Assembly (NCBI GenBank): GCA_052327205.1
Contig: CM126208.1
Span: forward strand, 63,054,001-63,118,000
Origin: Somniosus microcephalus
Lineage: Eukaryota
Length of the DNA: 64,000 bases
Direction: 5' to 3'
Shown here: piece after piece, positions 24,895 through 38,185 of the stretch
How positions within the stretch are numbered: the first letter of the stretch is position 1
How the letters are laid out: the number at the start of each line of letters is the position of its first letter
Notes under the pieces: model-generated
The model's input: the letters and a program-made list of their open reading frames with translations, nothing else
Told to the model about the DNA's origin: nothing
Database searches by the model: none
Made by a program: the position numbers and the translations under genes

Positions 24895-25577
24895 ATTCGT
24901 AAACAAGATGAGTTAACGGCACAAATAGAAATAAATGGGTATGATCTGATAGTCATTACAGAGATGTGGTTGCAAGGTGACCAAGGCTGGGAACTGACTA
25001 TTCAGGAGTTCTTGACATTTCGGAAGGATAGGCAGAAAGGAAAAGGAGGTGGGGTAGCTCTGTTAATAAAGGTTGAGATCAGTGCAGTGGTGAGAAATGA
25101 TATTGGCTCAGAAGATCAAGATGTAGAATCAGTTTGGGTGGAGATAAGAAATAGTAAGGGAAAGAAGTCACTGGTGGGAGTAGTCTATAGACCCCCTAAC
25201 AGTAGCTAAACTGTGGGACAGAGTATAAATCAAGAAATAATGGGGGCTTGTAAGAAAGGTACTGCAATAATCATGGACGATTTTAATCTTCATATAGATT
25301 GGACAATTCAAATTGGTAGCCTTGAGGATGAGTTCATAGAGTGTATTCGGGATGGTTTCTTGGAACAATACATTGTGGAACCAACCAGGGACTCTAAGAG
25401 AAGGCTATTTTAGATCTGGTAATGTATAATGAGACAGGATTAATTAATGATCTTATTGTAAAGGATCCTCTAGGGAAGAGTGATCATAGCATGATAGACA
25501 TTCTGAGGGTGAGAAACTTGGGTCTGAAACTAGTGTCCTAAACTTAAATACAGGCAATTACAAAGGTATGAAGACAG
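24895..25577 (+). mobile_element. CR1 LINE ORF2 endonuclease part, interrupted by Penelope
   Basis: DELTAQIEINGYD, GGGVALLIK, VYRPPN, DFN motifs. Confidence 0.9.
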
Positions 25578-27515
25578 AAATAACAACAGAAAACGCTGGA
25601 AATAGTCAGCAGGCCAGGCAGCATCCGTGGAGAGAGAAACAGAGTTAACGTTTCAGGTCTGGGACCCTTCATCAGAACTGGAAAAAGCCGGAGATGTAAC
25701 AGATATTAAGCAGGTGCAGAGACAGGGGTGGGGATTTTAGGAGGGGAGGAAGGAATTGAAAGAGCATCCTGTACTTTTCTAAGAGGCAGGAAAGATAAAA
25801 TGTTGCAAATGGGAGTGGCAAAAATCATGCAGCATGAAAAATGGGGGCAGGGATTATTATCTGAAATTGTTGAACTCAATGTTGAGTCCGGCAGGCTGTA
25901 AAGTGCCTAATCGAAAGATGAGGTGCTGTTCCTCGAGCTTACATTGAGCTTCATTGAAACAATGTAATAGGCCAAGGACAGAGAGATCAGAGTGGGAGTG
26001 AAGCGGAGAATTAAAGTGACAGGCAACCGGAAGCTCAAGGTCACCCTTACAGGCTGAACGGAGGTGTTCCGCAAAGCGGTCGTCCAATCTGCATTTGGTC
26101 TCCCCAATGTAGAGGAGACCGCATCATGAGCAGCGAATACATTATATTAAATTGCAAGAAGTACAAGTAAATCGCTGTTTCACCTGGAAGGGGTGTTTGG
26201 GGCCCTGAACAGTGGGAAGGGAGGAGGTAAAAGGGCATGTGTTGCATCTCCTGCGCTTGCACAGGAAGGTGCCAGGCGAAGGAGAAGGGCTGTTAGGGGT
26301 GATTGAGGAGTGGACCAGGGTGTCGCGGAGGGAGTGGTCCCTTCGGAATGCTGAAAGGGGAGGTGAGGGGAAGATGTGTTTGGTGGTGGGATCACGTTGG
26401 AGGTGGCGGAAATGGCGGAGGATGATCCGTTGAATGTGGAGGCTGGTGGGGTGAAAGGTGAGGACAAGGGGAACCCTATCATGGTTCTGGGAGGGAGGGG
26501 CAGGGGTGAGGGCAGAAATGCAGGAAATGGAACGGACACGGTCAAGGGCCGTGTCAACCACAGTAGAGGGGAATCCTCAGTTGAGGAAAAAGGAAGACAT
26601 GTCGGAAGCACTGGTATGGAAGGTGGCATCGTCAGAACAGACGCGGCGGAGATGGAGAAACTGGGAGAATGGAATAGAGTCCTTACAGGAAGTGGGTTGG
26701 GAGGAAGTGTAGTCCAGGTAGCTGTGGGAGTCAGTGGGCTTGTAGTGGATGTTTGTCGAAAGCCGATTGCCAGAAATGGAGATGGAGAAGTCAAGGAAGG
26801 GAAGGGAAGAGTCGGAGATGGACCATGTGAAGGTGAGGGAAGGGTGGAAATTGGAAGTAAAGTGAATGAACTTATCTAGTTCAGGGCGAGAGCAGGAAAC
26901 GGCCCCGATACAATCATCGATGTACCGGAAAAAGAGGTGAGGGAGGGGACCTGAATAGGACTGGAACAAAGAATGTTCCACATATCCCATGAATAGGCAG
27001 GCATAGCTAGGGCCCATGCGGGTTCCCATAGCAACACCTTTTAATTTGGAGGAAGTGAGTGGAGTCAAAGGAGAAGTTGTTCAATGTGAGAACAAGTTCA
27101 GCCAGGCGGAGGAGGGTGGTGGTGGATGGGGACTGGTTGGGCCTCTGTTCAAAGAAGAAGTGGAGCACCCTCAGGCCGTCCTGGTGGGGGATTGGACGTC
27201 CATAGTGAAAAGGAGATGGTTGGGGCCAGGAAACTGGAAACTGTTAAAGTGACGGAGGGCATCGGAAGAGTCACGAATGTAGGTGGGAAGAGACTGGACA
27301 AGGGGAGGAAAAAATAGAGTCGAGATAGGAAGAGATAAGTTCCATGGGGCAAGAACAGGCTGAAACGATGGGTCTTGGGAAGGAGGTAGAAGCGGGCTGT
27401 GCGGGGTTGGGGGACTATGAGGTTGGCGGCCATGGAGGGAAGATCTCCAGAGGAGGTGAGGTCAGTGACAGTTTTGGAAACAATGGCTTGATGTTTGCTA
27501 GTGGGGGTCATGGTC
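25578..27515 (-). mobile_element. Penelope-like element (RT plus GIY-YIG endonuclease), degenerate and 5'-truncated
   Basis: ARFYLLPK, GVAMGTRMGPSYACLFMG, FFRYIDD, YKPTDSHSYL, CKRRRCNTC, FTCTSCNLI, RFAEH, GLN motifs across broken frames. Confidence 0.92.
25644..25678 (-). ncRNA. Minimal type I hammerhead ribozyme in the Penelope 3' region
   Basis: Minus strand GTT-CTGATGA-AGGGTCCCAGACCT-GAAA-CGTT-AAC: CUGANGA and GAAA cores, stem II, palindromic stem III. Confidence 0.75.
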
Positions 27516-27559
27516 CAGGCGCGAGCTCTCCAACACCTCCTCCTACCCCCGCCTGGTGG

Positions 27560-29071
27560 TTGGTTGTAATCTACCAAAATTCCCTGGATTCTGTTGAGGT
27601 CCCAGCGGATTGGAAAACCGCAAATGTAACTCCCCTATTCAAGAAAGGAGGGAGACAGAAAGTAGGAAACTAGAGGCCAGTTAGCCTAACATCTGTCATT
27701 GGGAAAATGCTGGAATGCTGGAATCCATTATTAAGGAAGTAATAGTAGGACATTTAGAAAATCATAATAAAACCATGCTGACTCTGCTTGATTGTATGAA
27801 AGGGAAATCGTGTTTGAGAAATTTACTAGAGTTCTTTGAGGATATAATGAGCAGGGTGGATAAAGGGGAACCAGTAGATGTAGTGTATTTGGATTTCCAA
27901 AAGGCATTCGATAAGGTGCCACATAAAAGGTTGCTGCACAAGATAAGAGCTCACGGGGTTGGGGGTAATATATTAGCACGGATAGAGGATTGGCTAACTT
28001 ACAGAAAACAGAGAGTCGGGATAAAGGGTCATTTTCAGGTTGGCAAACTGTAACTAGTGGGGTGCCACAGGGATCAGTGCTGGGGCCTCAACTATTTACA
28101 ATTTATATTAATGACTTGGATGAAGCGACCAAGTGTACTGTTGTCAAATTTGTTGTTAATACAAAGATAGGTGGGAAAGACACAAAGAGTCTGCAAAGGG
28201 ATATAGATAGGTTAAGTGAGTGGGTCAACTATTTGGCAGCTGGAGTATAATGTGGGAAAATGTGAGTTTAGCCACTTTGGTAGGAAAAATAAAAAAGCAA
28301 ATTATTATTTAAATAGAGAGATACTACAAAATGCTGCGGTACAGAGGGACCTGAGGGTCCTCATACATGAAACACAAAAAGTTAGCATGCAGGTACAGCA
28401 AGTAATTAGGAAGGCAAATGGAATGTTGACCCTTATTGCAAGGGGGATGGAGTATAAAAGTAGGGAAGTCTTGCTACAACTGTACAGGGCAAGGGTGAGG
28501 CCACATCTGGAGTACTGTGTGCAGTTTTGGTCTCCTTATTTAAGGAGGGATATACTTGCACTGGAGGCAGTTCAGTGAAGGTTCACTAGGTTGATTCCTG
28601 AGATGAAGGTGTTGCTTTTTGAAGAAAGGTTGAGCAGGTTGGGCCTATACTCATTGGAGTTTAGAAGGATGAGAGGGGATCTTATTGAAACATATAAGAT
28701 TCTGAGGGGGCTTGACAGGGTAGATGCAGGGAGGATGTTTCCCCTCGTGGGGGAATCTAGAATTAGGGGGCATAGTTTCAAAATAAGGGGTCGCCCATTT
28801 AAAACGGAGATGAGGAGGAATTTCTTCTCTCAGAGGGTCGTGAATCTTTGGCATTCTCCACCCCAGAGAGCTGTGGAGGCGGAGTCATTGAATATATTCA
28901 AGGCAGAGATTGACAGATATTTGAGCTACAGGGGAGTCAAGGGTTATGGGGGGCAGGCGGGAAAGTGGAGCTGAGGCCAAGATCAGATCAGTCATGATCT
29001 TATTGGATGGTGGAGCAGGCTCGAGGGGCCAAATGGCCGACTCCTGCTCCTATTTCTTATGTTCTTATGTT
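27560..29071 (+). mobile_element. CR1 LINE ORF2 RT region and 3' end (degenerate)
   Basis: YLDFQKAFDKVPH, SGVPQGSVLGP, RPHLEYCVQFW; 3' stem-loop and TTCTTATG repeats. Confidence 0.93.
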
Positions 29072-30074
29072 CAATGGAACTGAATATCAGATGGCTGATC
29101 CAATACCAACTGTTTTGTGCCACCGCCCGAGATGAATTTCTAGCCCACAGAATCTAAACCAGGAGATATAAATTAGAATACTTAATTCATTGTAAAATCA
29201 TGTACTTAAAGCAAAATAAAGAGGGAAAGAAAGATGGAATTAAGAGAGCGAGATAAAAGAGAGATAGAAAAAGTAAAAAAACATTTAAATTTTTAAATCT
29301 TTATAAATCTCCAACAATAATTAAATTCTGAGGGAATGAGATTTCACACGTAAAATTTAATTTTCAGTGCCAGAGAGGTTGTTTGGCAGTAATTAAGACT
29401 TATCACCCCATTAAAAATTCATTTACACCTTTACTAAGTTTTAGAACTTTAGGGGATAAAGATGGGGAAAGATGGCAAAGGTTAGAAAAGGTAGAATAAA
29501 GTTACATTAAAAAGTAACTAAACAATGGATGGATAGAGTCGTAAAAATAGGGGCAGCAGGGTGAGCAGCACTAAGTTCAAATACCTTTAAATGCGTATTT
29601 TAGTTTGATAGGGTTAATATTAACGGTACTTCACAGGAACATTAGGAACAAGAGTAGGCCATTCAGCCCCTCGGGCCTGCTCTGCGGCTGATCTGCACCT
29701 CAACTCATCTTCCTGGCTTTGCTGCATTTCCCTTGCTACCCGTACATAATAAAAATCTGTATATCTCATGATGCCCGATTCTGTAATGCTAGTGTTATTG
29801 TCAGGTTCATAGTGCATGAGCTGAAAAAAAAGGGGACAGGAATTCCCTTGAGCCTGTTAGTCTGCAATAATTATGTATTACAACCACTCAAATACCTAAA
29901 TGTAGATAAGTCAGAGGTTTTTGAAATGACAGTGCAGTTAAGATGTTAGCTCCTAGTTGACTCTTAGCTTCCTAGAAAAAGAAAGAACTCGCATTAATAA
30001 AGTGCTTCATCATCCCAACACTTCAAAACAAATGAATGACCTTTGAAATGCAGTTGCTGGAGACAAAAATGAAG

Positions 30075-30367
30075 GGCTAGGAATTCCCCTCGAGCCCTGT
30101 TTGGGACACTAAATCAGAAAAGCTGGAAAAGTTAGAGCAAGGCGTTAACTAACCTCTTCCAGCCTTTCTAAAATTCTCACTTTTTGCTCCAAGGAGGAGG
30201 TGGAGCGTTAAATCAAGCACTCCACTTCCTTCTTGGAGCACAAGAGGCGGGGGGAGTTCACGACCCGGGGTGCACGGCTCAGCAGCACCACACACTGGGC
30301 CGCATGGCACCGACGTGTTGCAGGGTCTCTTCCCACGGGAGGCGTAAAGGAGGGAAATTTCTCCCCC
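30075..30367. mobile_element. Short MITE-like element
   Basis: Ends GGGCTAGGAATTCCCCT / AGGGAAATTTCTCCCCC; internal similarity to 21280-21984. Confidence 0.45.
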
Positions 30368-30372
30368 TAAAT

Positions 30373-30778
30373 GTCAGCCTTGGCTCAGTGGTAGCACTCT
30401 CACTCCTGAATCAGAAGGTTGTGGGTTCAAGCCCCACCCCAGAGACGTGAGTAAATAATCTAGGTTGGCGCTTCAGTGCAGTACTGAGGGCATGCTGCAA
30501 CGTTAGAAGAGCCATCTTTTGGATGAGATGTTAACCGTCTCAAGTGGATGTAAAATTTCCCACAACACTATTTCGAAGAGCAGCAGGAGTCATGGTCAAC
30601 AGTTATCTCAACCAACACATGAACACAGATGATTGGGTCATTTATTTTATTGTTGAAGCTTGCTGTGTTTCCTACATTACAACAGTGACTACACTTCAAA
30701 AGTACATCATTGGCTGTAAAGTGCTTCGGGATGTTCTGAGGTTGTGAAAAACACTATATAAATACAAGTCTTTTTTTT
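30373..30778 (+). mobile_element. tRNA-headed Deu-domain SINE with L2-type tail
   Basis: Box A TGGCTCAGTGG, box B GGTTCAAGCC, Deu-like core, tail CTATATAAATACAAGTC. Confidence 0.85.
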
Positions 30779-30911
30779 AGTTGATGTGCATAAACTGTTT
30801 CTACTTGTTGGTGAGTCTAGAACTAGGATGCATAAATATGATAGGCACTAACAGATTAAATTAGGGATGGAAAATTATTTGGGAGGGAGGGCCACTTATA
30901 TATTTATATAG

Positions 30912-31102
30912 AAAAGCAAAACACTGCAGATGCTGGAAATCTGAAGTAAAAACAGAAAATACTGAGCAGGGCAGCCAGCATCTGTGGAGAGAGAAACAGT
31001 AGTTCTGACGAAAGGTCATTGACCTGAAACGTTAACTCTGTTTTTCATCTCCACAGATGCTGCCTGACCTGCTGAGTATTTCCAGCATCTTCTGTTTTTA
31101 TT
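30912..31102 (+). mobile_element. Penelope-derived inverted-repeat element with a hammerhead at its apex
   Basis: Right arm matches the Penelope 3' end, left arm is its inverted copy; CTGACGA-AAGGTCATTGACCT-GAAACGTT at 31005-31033. Confidence 0.8.
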
Positions 31103-31104
31103 GT

Positions 31105-32050
31105 ATTTATATAGCACCTTTAACATACTAAAACGTACTAAGGCGCTGCACAGGAGCGCAAAAGAAAATGATACCGAGCCACATAAGGAAATATTAGGGC
31201 AGATGACCAAAAGTTTTAAGTAGCGTCTTAAAGGATGAAAGAGAGATACAGAGACAGAGAGGTTTAGGGAGGGAATTCCAGAGCTTAAGGCCTTGGCAGC
31301 TGAAGGCACGGCCACCAATGGTGGAGTTATTAAAATTGAGGATGCTCAAGAGGCCAGAACTGGAGGAGCACAGATATACAGTAATAACATAAGGAATAGG
31401 AGCAGGAGGAGGCCATTTGGCCCTTCGAGCCTGATCCACCATTCAGTAAGATCATGGCTGATCTTCTACCTCAACTCCACTTTCCTGCACTATCCCCATA
31501 TCCCTTGATTCCCTTAATATTCAAAAATCTATCGATCTCTTGTCTTGAATATCTCAGAGGGTTGTAGGGCTGGAGGAGTTTACAGAGATAGGGAAGGTTG
31601 AGGCCATGGAGGGATTTAAAAACAAGGATGAGAATTTTTAAATTGAGGCGTTACTTAATCAGGAGCCAATGTAGGTCAGCAAGCACAGTGGTGATGGGTG
31701 TACGGGACTTGGTGTGATTTAGGACACGGGCAGCAGAGTTTTGGATGACCTCAAACTTACGGAGAGGAGAACATGGGAGGCCGGCCAGGAGTGCGTTGGA
31801 ATAGTCAAGTCTAGATGTAACAAGGCATGGATGAGGGTTTCAGCAGCAGATGAGCTGAGGCAGGGGGTGGAATCAGGCGATGTTACGGAGGTGGAAATAG
31901 GCGGTCTTAGTGATGGCGCGGATATGTGGTCGGAAGCTCATCTTGAGGTCAAATAGGAGGCCAAGGTTGTGAACAGTCTGGTTCAGCCTCAGACAGTTGC
32001 CACGGAGAAGGATGGAGTCGGTGGCTAGGGAATGGAATTTGTGGTGGGAA
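31105..32050 (-). mobile_element. L2 LINE 3' region with a nested CR1 3' end (~31386-31550)
   Basis: Reverse complement of the L2 at 37300-38185; CR1 stem-loop inserted within it. Confidence 0.8.
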
Positions 32051-32054
32051 CCGA

Positions 32055-33700
32055 AAAAAATGGGGGAGTTTTTCGGGGGTCAGCGGGCGCGTTTGGTGGC
32101 GGGTCGGGTGGGAGAAAATATTTTTTGACAACGGGCAGGGAACCCGCTGTCACGCTAGTTTCCCAGGTGTTGGGTCTGTCATCACTGAACAGACCCGACG
32201 CCAAGCGGTGGGGGAGGGAATTTAGATGATTAAGAGCTTGTTAACAGGCACCTAAAAAATATTTTAAGCTCACCTTTAGATTTTAAGAGTTCGCCCACAG
32301 CTCCCCTGCTGCTCGGGGATCACGTCAGGTAAGCAGGTCAGGAGTTGTGTCAGCATGGGATGATTCCTTAATTTGACAGCTGCAAATGTGCTGTTAAAGC
32401 TCCCATTTCATAGCTGTTCACTTTCCAAGCTCAGAAGCTGTTGCTTACTGCATTTGGAAGGCAGATTGAGCTTTATGCAGCTTGCAAGTGTTTGGAGCAA
32501 ACTCTCTATCCAGTGTCACCTCATTTGAATGACCTCTCTCACCACTGACAGATCGCTTGTCATCTCTACTTCACCTACCATCTATTCCATTAGCATCGAT
32601 GCCCTTGAAACTATCTCACCTTTGTCCTCAGAATCCCACCATGATCAGTCCCAACAACAGCAGCACCAGGCACACCAGCAGCAACAACACCACCACCAAC
32701 CTTCTCCCCAATCAACTGATGCTGTACAGGACACAGGGCATCAACACCCGACCACAATGCTGCCCAGGATGCAGGGATGGCCTCCCCATAGCCCGATTTA
32801 CTTCACTTGACGCTGTACACCCTGGCTGCCACATGATGCGCCAGGTTGGCACCACCCCACACCAACACCATAAAGCATCCCTACAATGCCCAAACCATTC
32901 CTTTCACACTCATCGCCATTGCAGGGGGTACCATTATGTCTCACCATTCATGGCAACTCACTAAACCACTTCCAAAGGTGCACACAAATCTATCCAAGAA
33001 CACAAAGTGTTGAAAATAAAGATTTCAATGTTTGACACCACATTAACAGAAACTTCACAAGAACATTGGATAAAACATCCAAGTGCCTACCCATGTATGT
33101 TGTTAGTTGGTATGATTGGACTAGGATGAGGGTGAGTGTGAGGGGTGGCTAGTGAGATGGGGATGTGATAATGTAGATAGAGAGGGATGGGTGGAGGTGC
33201 AAGGTAAGTTGGTGTGAGTAAGGACGTGCAGGAGTAGGGTAGGGAAGGCAGAGTGATGGGGATGTGATGAGAGGCACAGCAGGATGAGGTTGAGTGTGGC
33301 TTTGTACTAACGCTTTGTGATCTACTGAGATCATTGAAACGTTTGTGGCACTGCACCCAGGTCCTCCTGGCCACACCCCTGCTTGTGGCCTCCTCTGCAA
33401 TGTGCAACCAGGCTGCATTGATCTCCTAGGGAGGACTTCTCTGCCCGTGTGAAGGGAAGAGGACTTTCCTGCGTGCTGTGACTCCCTCCATAAGCATATG
33501 AAAGGAGTCATGGGAGAGCCTGGGTGCAGCCATGCACCTCTGTGCAGTGCTTGTCAGTGTTTGCAGCACCTCAATGCTGTAGAACACTGACAGCAGAACT
33601 GTCACAATCAATTTGCACATGGTCCCTTTAAGGAAACTGGCTGATGATTCGTCATCAAGTGACATCATCAGACCCACTTCCTTCAATTCATTGCACACCA
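32055..33700. mobile_element. Degenerate, internally deleted Harbinger remnant
   Basis: Minus-strand frameshifted Myb/SANT remnant (AAPRLSHDSFHMLMEGVTARRKVLFP...HIAEEATSRGVARRTWVQCHKRFNDL) at ~33315-33545; outer limits approximate. Confidence 0.7.
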
Positions 33701-34059
33701 CCCAGTGTTACCTTGTCTAAATCTGGTACACTGTTACAAGGCCACCAAACTCACAACTTGCACAACTTTATGACGCTTTTTTTAAAAATCATTCATTAAA
33801 GATACATTTACGCTGCAGCTACCAGTCTGAAACCAGTTCAGGTTTAAGCCAGCCAGAACTGTGTTTTAATTACCAAGACTCCTGCCTCACTGGGACTATA
33901 CCTGTCTCGTGCAGGAGAGAGATGTGCGCATGGCTAGATATAGGCTTTGGCTGAGCTCTATGCCAACAGTTACAAAATTAAACGTTTATAAAATGGAGTC
34001 TCACACTGTTTCTCTCTGGAATCAGGTTGACTTTCACGTCCGCGGTTACACTGCCAGTT

Positions 34060-34485
34060 CACTGGTACAATGCTCGCCTCGGAGTCAGAAGGCTGTGGCT
34101 TCAAGTTCCACTCCAAAGACTTGAGCACATAATCCAGGCTGACATTCCAGTGCTGTACTGTCTGAGGTGCCGTCTTTCGGATGAGTCTTTAAACTAAGTC
34201 TGTCCAATCAGATGGATGTAAAAGATCCCATGGCACTGTTTCAAAGAAGAGCAGGGACGTTTTCCCCGGTGTCCTGGCCATTATTTATCTCTCAACCAAC
34301 ATCACTAAAACAGATTATCTGGTCATTATCTCATTGCTGTCTGTGGGACCTTGCTGTGCGCTAACTGACTTGCTGTGTTTCTTACATTACAACAGTGACT
34401 ACACTTCAAAAGAACTTCATTGGCTGTAAAATGCTTTGGGGTGTCGTGAAAGGTCCCATATAACTGCCAGTTTGTTCTTTCTTTT
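34060..34485 (+). mobile_element. Deu-domain SINE
   Basis: GGTGCCGTCTTTCGGATGAG and GATGTAAAAGATCCCATGGCAC core; same family as 39046-39505. Confidence 0.85.
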
Positions 34486-36821
34486 GCAGTTGCAGTGTTC
34501 TACCAATCCCAAGGAACAAGTCTAGAAATTGTTATTAGCATATGATAGTGTAGGAATTCTTTAACCTATTTAATAAGTCAATGCCTCTGTTTAAAGAGTA
34601 GAGAAAGGAATGTCATATGAATGCATTAAATGCTTGCGCACCACTACTGCAGTCATTTCTAAACTTAAATTTTCTTGCAATAGTCAAGAATATAGAGCTA
34701 CGTATAGTTAGCTGATGCAGTCATCAGATTTACTATCCACTGAACTCCTGCTCATCTTCTCTGTATCTTGGAATTACCCCACTATCCACAGTCAAAAAAG
34801 ATTAGAAGTGGGCCACATGTTGCTCAGAAAATGACTTCATACTTATTCCCAAGGGCTCTCTGTGCACTCACTTCTGACTCATACACTTTCTTTTGTCCAG
34901 CTGCTGTAGCCTTAGTAACAAAGCTTGTAAATCTCTGAACAGCAGGCAAAACTATTTACATTTAAAAACACAGAAAATATTAGCTCCTCCAGGTTCCCCT
35001 GATGATTTATCAAGGTGATCCAGTGAGCAGCTAAGCCATGTAATCTAGGAAGCTCTCCTAGACAATTTCTAGTCAGTTCAGAGTAAACTGAGCTCAGTTG
35101 GGACAGTGACAGAGATGTCACAATTGGCCCAAGTGTTCCTCGAACATGGTGGGAAAATCATCCCAGGACTCCCTCTCCTAATTGTTATTGAGTAACTCCT
35201 GGTGCAAGTGTGTGTATGGACAAGGGCACGATCAAGCTTGGCTATAATACCTCTGAAGGTCAAAGCAGCCTTAGACACCTCATTGTTAAGGCTCGTACAT
35301 CAATGATGGCCACTTTGGCGATGTACAAGATGGGAAATGGCATGTGTGGAATTGTACTGACATCCTCAGGAAAGGAAAGTAAAAATGAACTGCTCAAAAG
35401 ACTGAAATCTTTCTCCTCCTTCTCCGTCCCCACCATGCGATGCCATGCTCCACTTGCCAAAAAGGCAGGCCGGTCATCCTGTTCTCTATTTATGCCACTA
35501 CAACATGCATCATAGGGTTTAGAGTCAAATCGTTTCAATTGATGCGCTTATGGCATCGGCTTTTGCCACTGCATTGATGCAAAAAACTTAATGGGCAGTT
35601 TTAAGGTGTATCAAATTCTGGCATGGTGCAGAACAATCTGGAGCAGGTAGTCTCACACCATTTACAATATAACTCAAGCAGTCTAACTTTTTTAACTTCA
35701 TCATTAAACTTTTATGGGTTAGCAAAAATTGGCTCCCACGTTTCCTACATTACGACAGTGACTAGACCGGCAGTTAATATTGGCCGAGCTGCCCACAGAG
35801 TCACCCAGTCAGTTATCCCACAGGCTTCCCGCTCAGGAGTTAAAATCATCCCCTTAAGGAGCATTCAGCCTTCCAGAGCCCATAACTTTCCGTATGTCTT
35901 TTACATCGTGCACTACGATGAGGCCCTCCCCAACCTCATCTGCCCTCAAGGATATCAAGTTCCACGGAGGTTTCAAGGAGAAAACAAATTGAAATTTCTC
36001 CCTAACTTCTTTTACCCAATAAAACAATCTAAGGAAACCAGGCTATTAATTTGACATGCGAATCTGCACTATTCCGCACTTACAATCTGTGAGTGGCTAC
36101 ACAACAGTTAACTGGCACATTATATATTACGAAAAGCAAATAGTGGTCAGCCAATTAGGAGGTATCATTAAATCTCAGTTGTGGTTAACATCCATAAAAC
36201 ACTCCAGGATCATTCTTGTGGTTTGTAGTATAACCAATTCTGCTTATGGGTCAGAGTCCTAGCTCTGACTGCCTATCCAACTTGTAATTCGAGTCCAAAA
36301 TTTGCCAAGAACTGCTGGGGGTCATTTTGACTCCCAATTTTTATTTCCATTATCATCTAAATATGAGTAAACATATATTAAAAAAGTATAAAATGCTCAG
36401 GAAAAGTCCAGCTATTAGTCAATTGATAAAGACATCATGGAGCTGAGCCATACAGACCAAACGATCCCAACAAGTTCAATTCTCAGCCTGCATGGTGTTG
36501 TCTTGTTTCAAGCTAGGGTGGCAGTATGGGCTGCTACAATTTCTCTCAGTGCCTCCCCCATACTAAGGAGGCAAAAAAGACTGCCAGTGTCCTGGCTCCT
36601 GATCACAATATATTGATCCCTGCTGGAAAGTGCACTCCTTTGGCTCTCAGATGAGGTCAGGATCAGGCTCAGCTGTGATGCCTTCTGTGGTCCAATAGCC
36701 ACTTTTTAGGTATAACATGATGAAAAGCCAGCATGAATCAATGCCTTATGGAGTGGAGAGGAGATGTAGAAGTGGGAGATTGAAATGTTCAGGCCATTAT
36801 TTCCTCTCCAAAAGTTCTTGA

Positions 36822-38185
36822 ACATGTTGCCGTCTCCCAAATCCGGGCCCATCTTTCCCAGAACTCCTTGTTTGAATCCCTCCAATCAGTACTGAAAGGT
36901 CACAAATGAAATCCTAATTGACTGCGGCAAAGGTAATCTATCCCTTCTCATTCTTCTGGAGCTGTCTGCACCCTTTGACTCGGCTGATCACAGAATTCTG
37001 CTCCAACGCCTCTCCACCGTCGTCCAGCTGGGTGGGACTGCACTCGCCTGGTTTCATTCCTATCTTTCCAGCCATAGAATTACCTGCAATGGCTTCTCTT
37101 CCCGATCCCGCACTGTCACCTCTGGTGTCCCCCCAAAGATCTATCCTTGGCCCCCTCCTATTTCTCATCTACATGCTGCCCCTCGGAGACATCATCCGGC
37201 AATACAACCTGAGTTTCCGCAGATGCTGATGATACCCAGCTCTACGTCTCCGCCACCTCTCTTGAATCCTCCACCGTCTCTATACTATCAGACTGCTTGT
37301 CCGACATCCAGCACTGGATGAGTAGAAACTTCTTCCAATTAAATATCAGGAAGACCGAAGCCATTGTCTTCGGTTCATGCCACAAACTCCCTTCCCTTTA
37401 CACTGATTCGATCTCTCTCCCCGGCAACTGTCTAAGGCTGACCAAGATTGTTTGCAACCTTGGTGTCATATTTGATCATGAATTGAGCTTCCTGCCTCAT
37501 ATCCATTCTATCACTAAGATTGCCCATTTCCACCTTCGTAACATCGCCCGTCTCCACCCTTACCTCAACTTATCTGCTGCTGAAACCCTCATCCATGCCT
37601 TTATCACCTCTGGACTTGACTATTCCAATGCACTCCTGGCGAGCCTCCTCAGTTCAACCCTCCATAAACTTGAGGTCATCCAAAACTCTGCCGCCCGTGT
37701 GCTAACTCGCACCAAGTCCTGCTCACCCATCTCCCGTGTGCTCGCTGACTTAAATTGGCTCCCAGTTAAGCAACGCCTCAATTTTAAAATTCTCATCCTT
37801 ATTTTCAAATTCCTCCATGGCCTCGCTCCTCCTTATCTCTGTAATCTCCTCCAGCCCTATAATCCCCCTAGACTTCGGCGCTCCTCCTATTTTGGCCTTT
37901 TGAACATCCCCGAATTTAAATGCTCCATCATTGGCGGTTGTGCCTTCAGCTGCCTAGGTCCTAAAGCTCTGGAATTCCCTCCCTAAATCTCTCTGCCTCT
38001 CCATTTCTCTTCCCTCCTTTAAGATGCTCCTTAAAACCTACCTCTTCGACCAAGCATTTGGTCATCTGCCCTAACATCTCCTTATGGCTCAGGGTCAAAT
38101 TTTGATTTTTTTGAAAATACTCCTGTGAAGCGACTTGGGGCGTTTTATTACATTAAAGGCGTTATATAAATATAAGTTGTTGTTG
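36822..38185 (+). mobile_element. L2 LINE 3' half (RT, degenerate)
   Basis: SILGPLLFLIYMLPLG, ADDTQLY in DNA, LNIRKTE, LIHAFITSGLDYSNALL; tail TATATAAATATAAGTTGTTGTTG. Confidence 0.9.

Noticed and set aside
32529-32964. Poly-Q/H ORF as a host transcription-factor exon
   Set aside because: Low-complexity sequence within a degenerate Harbinger remnant, with no domain or splice support
34900-36260. Short ORFs in apparently unique sequence as host exons
   Set aside because: No recognisable domain and no consistent splice-site pairs
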